Assembly (NCBI GenBank): GCA_963699755.1
Contig: CAVOVB010000002.1
Coordinates: forward strand, 96,001-160,000
Reading direction: 5' to 3'
Source: an uncultured delta proteobacterium
GTDB taxonomy: Bacteria; Myxococcota_A; Polyangia; Polyangiales; Houyiibacteriaceae
Length of the DNA stretch: 64,000 nucleotides
Shown here: positions 59,070 through 64,000 of the stretch, piece by piece
Layout of the letters: each line of letters starts with the position of its first letter
How positions within the stretch are numbered: the stretch's first letter is position 1
Position numbers and translations under genes: made by a program
The notes under the pieces: model-generated
Database searches by the model: none
Told to the model about the DNA's origin: nothing
What the model saw: the letters and a program-made list of their open reading frames with translations, nothing else

Positions 59070-60124
59070 GTCCTCGGGCATTCGCCGTCCTGATCCTCGC
59101 GGCGGTCGTAGCCTCCTGTGGCGATTCGGCCGAATCGGGGCACGACGCGAACACCCCGTGGCCGCCGTCCGAATTCCCGCCACTTCCCGAGGGGATGAAG
59201 GACGTGCCCGCAGCAAGGATAGAGCTCGGGCATCTCCTTTTCTACGATGCCGTCCTCTCCGTCGATCAGCAAACCTCTTGCTCGACTTGTCACAGCGAGC
59301 GCTGGGGTTTGAGCGATGCGCTGCGAAGGTCGGTCGGCCACGGAGCGGGTCTTCTCGCGGGTCCCGGTCGAGCGGGCCCAAACACAGTGCGCCGCAACTC
59401 TCCGACCCTCTATAACCTCGCATTCCGCGAGACCCTCACCTGGGACGGTTCCGCCGGTTCGCTCGAAGAACAGGTCCTCATCCCACTCTTCGACGATGAC
59501 GAGATGGCTGCGGACCCCGAAACCATCGTCAGGGACTTGTCCGATGTCCCAGAGTACGTCGCCATGTTCTCCGAAGCGTTCCCCGACAACCCCGAGATCT
59601 CGGTCGAAAACCTGGCCGCTGCATTGGCTGCGTACCAACGAACGTTCCTCTCCATGGATGCGCTATACGATAAACACGCGGCGGGCAGAACTCTGGTGAT
59701 GACCGAGGATATGATCGACGGGATGTTTCGATTCGCGGAAATGGGGTGCCACGACTGTCACGCCCCACCGCTCTTCGAATCGGAGACCTTTGCAGACCGA
59801 GGTGTTGCAGAGGTCGAGGGCATCGTCGACGATGGCCGCGAAGAAATCACTGCACGTCCGGAAGACCGTGGAAAGTTTCGTGCGGTGACCTTGCGAAATA
59901 TCGTCTTCACGGCGCCGTATTTCCACAACGGCACTGTCGACTCGCTCCAAGATGCGGTTCGACACGAGCTCGCACAAGGCGAGCGGCCGTTTACCGACGA
60001 AGACGTCCGCCTGATCGCGCTGTTCATCGGGCAAGGGCTTCGCGATGAAACAAACGAAGCGATCCGCCCGGCCTCCCTTCCAAGCGGGCTCCCGCTCTCG
60101 GTCGACGACCCTGGAAGCCGCTAG
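59066..60124 (+). CDS. Diheme cytochrome c peroxidase / MauG family lipoprotein
   Basis: GTGA overlap; lipobox VASC; CSTCH, RNSPTLYN, WDG, CHDCH, GKFRAVTLRNI, TAPYFHNG. Confidence 0.9.
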   Translation: MSPRAFAVLILAAVVASCGDSAESGHDANTPWPPSEFPPLPEGMKDVPAARIELGHLLFYDAVLSVDQQTSCSTCHSERWGLSDALRRSVGHGAGLLAGPGRAGPNTVRRNSPTLYNLAFRETLTWDGSAGSLEEQVLIPLFDDDEMAADPETIVRDLSDVPEYVAMFSEAFPDNPEISVENLAAALAAYQRTFLSMDALYDKHAAGRTLVMTEDMIDGMFRFAEMGCHDCHAPPLFESETFADRGVAEVEGIVDDGREEITARPEDRGKFRAVTLRNIVFTAPYFHNGTVDSLQDAVRHELAQGERPFTDEDVRLIALFIGQGLRDETNEAIRPASLPSGLPLSVDDPGSR

Positions 60125-60128
60125 CGCC

Positions 60129-61790
60129 TCAGATCATCAACCTGGTTTCGGCGAGCGTGCTCTCCTCCTCGATCAGGTCGATGCGGCTTCTGGCGAAGCG
60201 CCGTGCCGCGGCCAAGGCGCGCTCGCCCTTCCCCTGATCGAGACACCACTGGGCGTGATTGGCCAATAGCGCGAGCTCGGTCGCTCGACCCAGGGTCATT
60301 GCGAATCGGCGTGCACCTGCTTCGAGTTGCTCGCGTTCGGAGAGCTTGTCTTGCAGCCATCGCCCAGCATGCTGAACGGCCGCTCGGCTGCGCTCGACGG
60401 CTGACTGCAGGCCCGCATCGGTCGCGGCTTCGAGAGCCGTGCGAATCTCGTCGACGAAGGCTTCCCAGACGCCCTCCTGCTTGAGTGCGCGGAGCGCATC
60501 GAGGGACAGGACATTGGTCGTGCCTTCCCAAATTGGAAGCACCTGCGCGTCGGCGAGGAGCTTCGGAAGGCCGGTGTCATTCACGTAGCCCGCGCCTCCA
60601 AAAGATTCGAGCGCCTCAGAGGCCACCGCAACGGCTTGTTTGCCGGTCGTGAGCTTTCCGATGGGCGTGAGCAGGCGGCTCAGGAGTTGCTCGGCTCTGC
60701 TAGCCTCGCCCGACTCGATGCGACCGAGGAGCTCGACGACGCGAAACGCCAGCAAGAACGCGCCCTGCGTCTCGGCGACCATCTCGGCCATGGTGTCGAT
60801 GTGAAGGGGCTTGTCGATGAGGGCTGCGCCGAACGCTTTGCGCTTGAGCGCATAATCGCGGGTGAGCGCAACCGCCCTCTGCATTCCGAGCACCGCTGCG
60901 ACGGCGTTCCAGGTCCGGGTGACGTTCAGCATGGGGGTGATGTTGCGGACTCCGCTGTCGAGACCCGCAACCGGAATGGCTTCGACGCCGTCCAAGGTCA
61001 GCTCGGCGGTCGGCAGCTTGCGCGTCCCGAACTTGTCTTTGAGCCGATTGATGTGGAGGTTCTGGAGCTTTCCGTCCTGGTCGCGAAGCTCGAGGTAGAA
61101 CATCGCCAAGCCGCGGCCGCCAGGCGGGTTTCCTTCGGGCCGTGCAAGCGTGAGCGCCATGTCGGCAGTGGTCGCAGAGGTGAACCACTTGGTGCCATAC
61201 AGACGCCAGCGGTCGCCGTCGCGTCGCGCGACTGTCTCAGTCTGCCCGACGTCCGAGCCACCGATGCGCTCGGTCATCCATTGACCCGAGGTCCACATGG
61301 TGGCTGGGTCGCGAGACAAGAGACGCGGAAGCGCGCGATCGATCAGCTCTTGGTTACCAGAATCGAGCAGGGTGCGCGCCGCGCCATCGGTCATCGCCAG
61401 CGGGCAGTTATAGGTGTCGAGCGAGGCTTGGGCGACGTAGTTCAAGACGTGCTGATGGATGCGCGCATAGGGCCCGAGCTCCCTGTCGTAGCCGGCGGCG
61501 ACCAGGCCATGCTTCGCGCAGATCTGCTGCGCGCGCTTCCAGACCTCGGTGACCGCGACCTCGTCGATCCGATTGCCCCATGGATCCCAGACCGTGTGTA
61601 CCGGCTCGTTTTCGAGGTCGGCCAAGGAGAGCCGATAGAGCTCGCCGCCATTGAGCTCGCCGAGCTCCCGGTACTCGGGTTCGAAGCGCAAACGTAGCGC
61701 CGCTGCCATGTTTCGGTCCAGGTACTCTCGGAGGAGCGAGTCAGAATCGTATTGATTTCCAAGGCTTGGAGGCACCTGGTAAAAGGCCAT
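60129..61790 (-). CDS. Acyl-CoA dehydrogenase (AidB-like subfamily)
   Basis: CPLAMTDGA, GQWMTE.GGSDV, GTKWFTS, LKDKFGT, GGAGY, IWEGTTNV. Confidence 0.92.
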   Translation of the reverse strand: MAFYQVPPSLGNQYDSDSLLREYLDRNMAAALRLRFEPEYRELGELNGGELYRLSLADLENEPVHTVWDPWGNRIDEVAVTEVWKRAQQICAKHGLVAAGYDRELGPYARIHQHVLNYVAQASLDTYNCPLAMTDGAARTLLDSGNQELIDRALPRLLSRDPATMWTSGQWMTERIGGSDVGQTETVARRDGDRWRLYGTKWFTSATTADMALTLARPEGNPPGGRGLAMFYLELRDQDGKLQNLHINRLKDKFGTRKLPTAELTLDGVEAIPVAGLDSGVRNITPMLNVTRTWNAVAAVLGMQRAVALTRDYALKRKAFGAALIDKPLHIDTMAEMVAETQGAFLLAFRVVELLGRIESGEASRAEQLLSRLLTPIGKLTTGKQAVAVASEALESFGGAGYVNDTGLPKLLADAQVLPIWEGTTNVLSLDALRALKQEGVWEAFVDEIRTALEAATDAGLQSAVERSRAAVQHAGRWLQDKLSEREQLEAGARRFAMTLGRATELALLANHAQWCLDQGKGERALAAARRFARSRIDLIEEESTLAETRLMI

Positions 61791-61904
61791 ACATTACTCG
61801 ACTTGGCAGAGAATGACGATTGACGAAATCATCATACGCCCCGCTCCAGGAGCAGTCAATCCTCAAAGAGGCTCCCAGGCGCGGAGCGGTGCTAGAGATG
61901 GGGC

Positions 61905-63860
61905 ATGATCCCGATCAAGGTCGCGACCGCGTCGTTGAATCAGACGCCGCTCGACTGGGCTGGCAATCAGGAGCGCATCGAGAGGGTGTTGCGGCAGGCT
62001 CGATCCGAAGGCGCAACGCTGCTCGTACTCCCCGAGCTCTGTACGACCGGCTACGGCTGCGAGGACGCCTTTCTCGGACCCGACGTCGCTAGGCGCGCCT
62101 GGTCGATGCTGGTGGAGCTCCTGCCCCAAACCGGGGGCATGGTCGTGAGCATTGGGATGCCGGTGCGTCACAGAGGCGGCCTCTACAACACGGCCTGCGT
62201 CGTCGCGGACGGCCGTATCATCGGCTTCGCGGCAAAGGAGCACCTGGCGGGTGAAGGCCTGCACTACGAGCCGCGCTGGTTCAAGCCTTGGCCCAACAAT
62301 CAAGTGGTCGAGCTCGAGCGCGACGGCAAGAGCTACCCATTTGGCGACGTCTTCTTCGATTTCGCAGGCGTGCGGATCGGCTTCGAGATCTGCGAAGATG
62401 CCTGGGTTGCGCAACGCAGAGGGGCGCTCGACGGCCATGCGATGGACATCATCGTGAACCCGAGCGCGAGTCACTTCGCCTTTGGGAAGCACGAGGTGCG
62501 CGAACGCCTGGTACTCGAAGGGTCACGCTCGATGGCGGTGAGCTATCTCTACGCCAACCTGCTCGGCAACGAGGCGGGCCGTGTGATCTACGATGGCGGT
62601 TGCTACATCGCGCAAAATGGCAAGATGTTAGCCCGGTCGCAGCGGCTCACCTTCGACGATTCGGTCTTGACGAGCGCGGTCGTCGACGTCGAAGCCTCTC
62701 AAACCGAACAGGTTCGGACCACGAGCTTTCAGGCGGATAGCAGCGACCCGGGTGCCAAGAGAGTCAGCGTGGACTTCGAGTTTCCCCGCGCGAAGATGGA
62801 GCGCAGCGCGCCGAGCTCACCCAAATGGGAAGCCAGCACAAACCACAAAGAAGAGGAATTCATGCGGGCGATCACGCTCGCGCTCTTCGACTATCTGCGA
62901 AAGAGCCACTCGCGCGGCTTCGTGCTGAGCATCAGCGGAGGTGCGGACTCCGCGGCGGCCGCTTGCCTGGTCTCGCTCATGGTCGATCGCGCACTCGCAG
63001 AGCTAGGCGCCGAACGCTTCGCCGAAAAGCTCGGCACGAAAGCCGAGGCCAGCGCCCGAGACTGGGTCCACAACCTCCTCTGCTGCGCCTACCAGCCCAC
63101 CGAAAACAGCGGAGAGGTGACCCGAAACGCTGCCAGGGCCGTTGCTGAGGCGATCGGCGCCACGTTCTACATCCTCGACGTGCAGCACATCGTCGATGCC
63201 TACGAGCGACTGATTTCCGACGCCGTCGAGCGTCCCCTGACCTGGGAACAAGACGACATCACGCTCCAGAACATCCAGGCCCGCGCACGGGGTCCGAGCG
63301 TCTGGATGCTCGCCAACATGCGAGGCGCACTGCTCCTGTCGACGAGCAATCGCTCCGAAGCTGCGGTCGGCTACGCGACGATGGACGGCGACACCTGCGG
63401 AGGACTCAGTCCGATTGCCGGAATTGACAAGGCCTTTCTTCGTCGCTGGCTCCTCTGGCTCGAGCGCAAGGGCCCCGAGGGCATGCAGCCGATCACGGCG
63501 CTTCATGCGGTCAACGTGCAAACGCCGACTGCCGAGCTTCGCCCCAAGAGCAGTGAGCAGACCGATGAAGGCGACCTGATGCCCTACCCGGTGCTCGACG
63601 CCATCGAACGGCTCGCGATCGGAGACAAGCTGCCGCCCGCCGACTGTCTGGAGATTTTGCAAAGTGAATTCTCAGAGTACGACGAGGACACTCTCCGCGG
63701 CTGGGTCAAGCGCTTCTTCCAGCTCTGGTCGCGAAATCAATGGAAGCGCGAGCGCTACGCGCCTTCGTTTCACGTCGACGACAAGAACCTCGACCCGAAG
63801 ACCTGGTGCCGCTTTCCGATCTTGTCGGGCGGCTTCGAGCGCGAGCTATCGGAGCTCTGA
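61905..63860 (+). CDS. nadE: Glutamine-dependent NAD+ synthetase
   Basis: Nitrilase domain PELC..K..EICED; SGGADS; QNIQAR; PTAEL; NQWKR. Confidence 0.95.
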   Translation: MIPIKVATASLNQTPLDWAGNQERIERVLRQARSEGATLLVLPELCTTGYGCEDAFLGPDVARRAWSMLVELLPQTGGMVVSIGMPVRHRGGLYNTACVVADGRIIGFAAKEHLAGEGLHYEPRWFKPWPNNQVVELERDGKSYPFGDVFFDFAGVRIGFEICEDAWVAQRRGALDGHAMDIIVNPSASHFAFGKHEVRERLVLEGSRSMAVSYLYANLLGNEAGRVIYDGGCYIAQNGKMLARSQRLTFDDSVLTSAVVDVEASQTEQVRTTSFQADSSDPGAKRVSVDFEFPRAKMERSAPSSPKWEASTNHKEEEFMRAITLALFDYLRKSHSRGFVLSISGGADSAAAACLVSLMVDRALAELGAERFAEKLGTKAEASARDWVHNLLCCAYQPTENSGEVTRNAARAVAEAIGATFYILDVQHIVDAYERLISDAVERPLTWEQDDITLQNIQARARGPSVWMLANMRGALLLSTSNRSEAAVGYATMDGDTCGGLSPIAGIDKAFLRRWLLWLERKGPEGMQPITALHAVNVQTPTAELRPKSSEQTDEGDLMPYPVLDAIERLAIGDKLPPADCLEILQSEFSEYDEDTLRGWVKRFFQLWSRNQWKRERYAPSFHVDDKNLDPKTWCRFPILSGGFERELSEL

Positions 63861-64000
63861 GCCTACCAGCTGAGCCATGCGCTCGATTTCGTCGACCACG
63901 ATGTCGGGCCGCTCCATCGCCATGAAGTGCGTGACGTCTTCGAGGAGCAGGAGCCTGGTCTCGGGCCGGCAGCGCATGAAAGCCTTGCGCGACTCTCGGG
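63846..64000 (-). CDS. Alpha/beta hydrolase, C-terminal fragment (continues beyond the window)
   Basis: Manual translation ...LLEDVTHFMAMERPDIVVDEIERM...stop; His-x4-E-x-P motif. Confidence 0.7.
   Translation of the reverse strand, partial: RESRKAFMRCRPETRLLLLEDVTHFMAMERPDIVVDEIERMAQLVGSELR

Overview
High-GC, densely coding bacterial DNA, most likely from a Myxococcota/Polyangia genome. This is inferred from a MYXO-CTERM-like tail, Gly-rich lipoprotein linkers, a Hanks kinase and a class III cyclase. From left to right the window holds: (i) the distal part of a chlamydial-type V/A-ATPase operon in the order D-I-K-E-DUF2764-A, with a probable Na+-type c-subunit; (ii) a DUF2868 / GTPase-DUF3482 pair and an AtuA-family gene; (iii) a three-gene signalling module (Cache-HAMP adenylate cyclase, Ser/Thr kinase with a pseudo-receiver tail, LysM-FecR-probable beta-barrel protein), preceded by a stem-rich intergenic region; (iv) an ~18 kb aryl-polyene/xanthomonadin-like type II PKS cluster with an aromatic ammonia-lyase, two flavin-dependent halogenase-family genes and an O-methyltransferase; (v) mixed enzymes including an LPMO-like surface protein, metF, a YihQ-like GH31 lipoprotein and ppk1; (vi) a TetR gene followed by an operon for a beta-helix lipoprotein, a diheme cytochrome and a CcP/MauG-family protein with an atypical heme ligand position; (vii) an acyl-CoA dehydrogenase and nadE. 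I saw no rRNA, tRNA, CRISPR array or mobile element. All family calls come from reading motifs and from recall; no database search was run.
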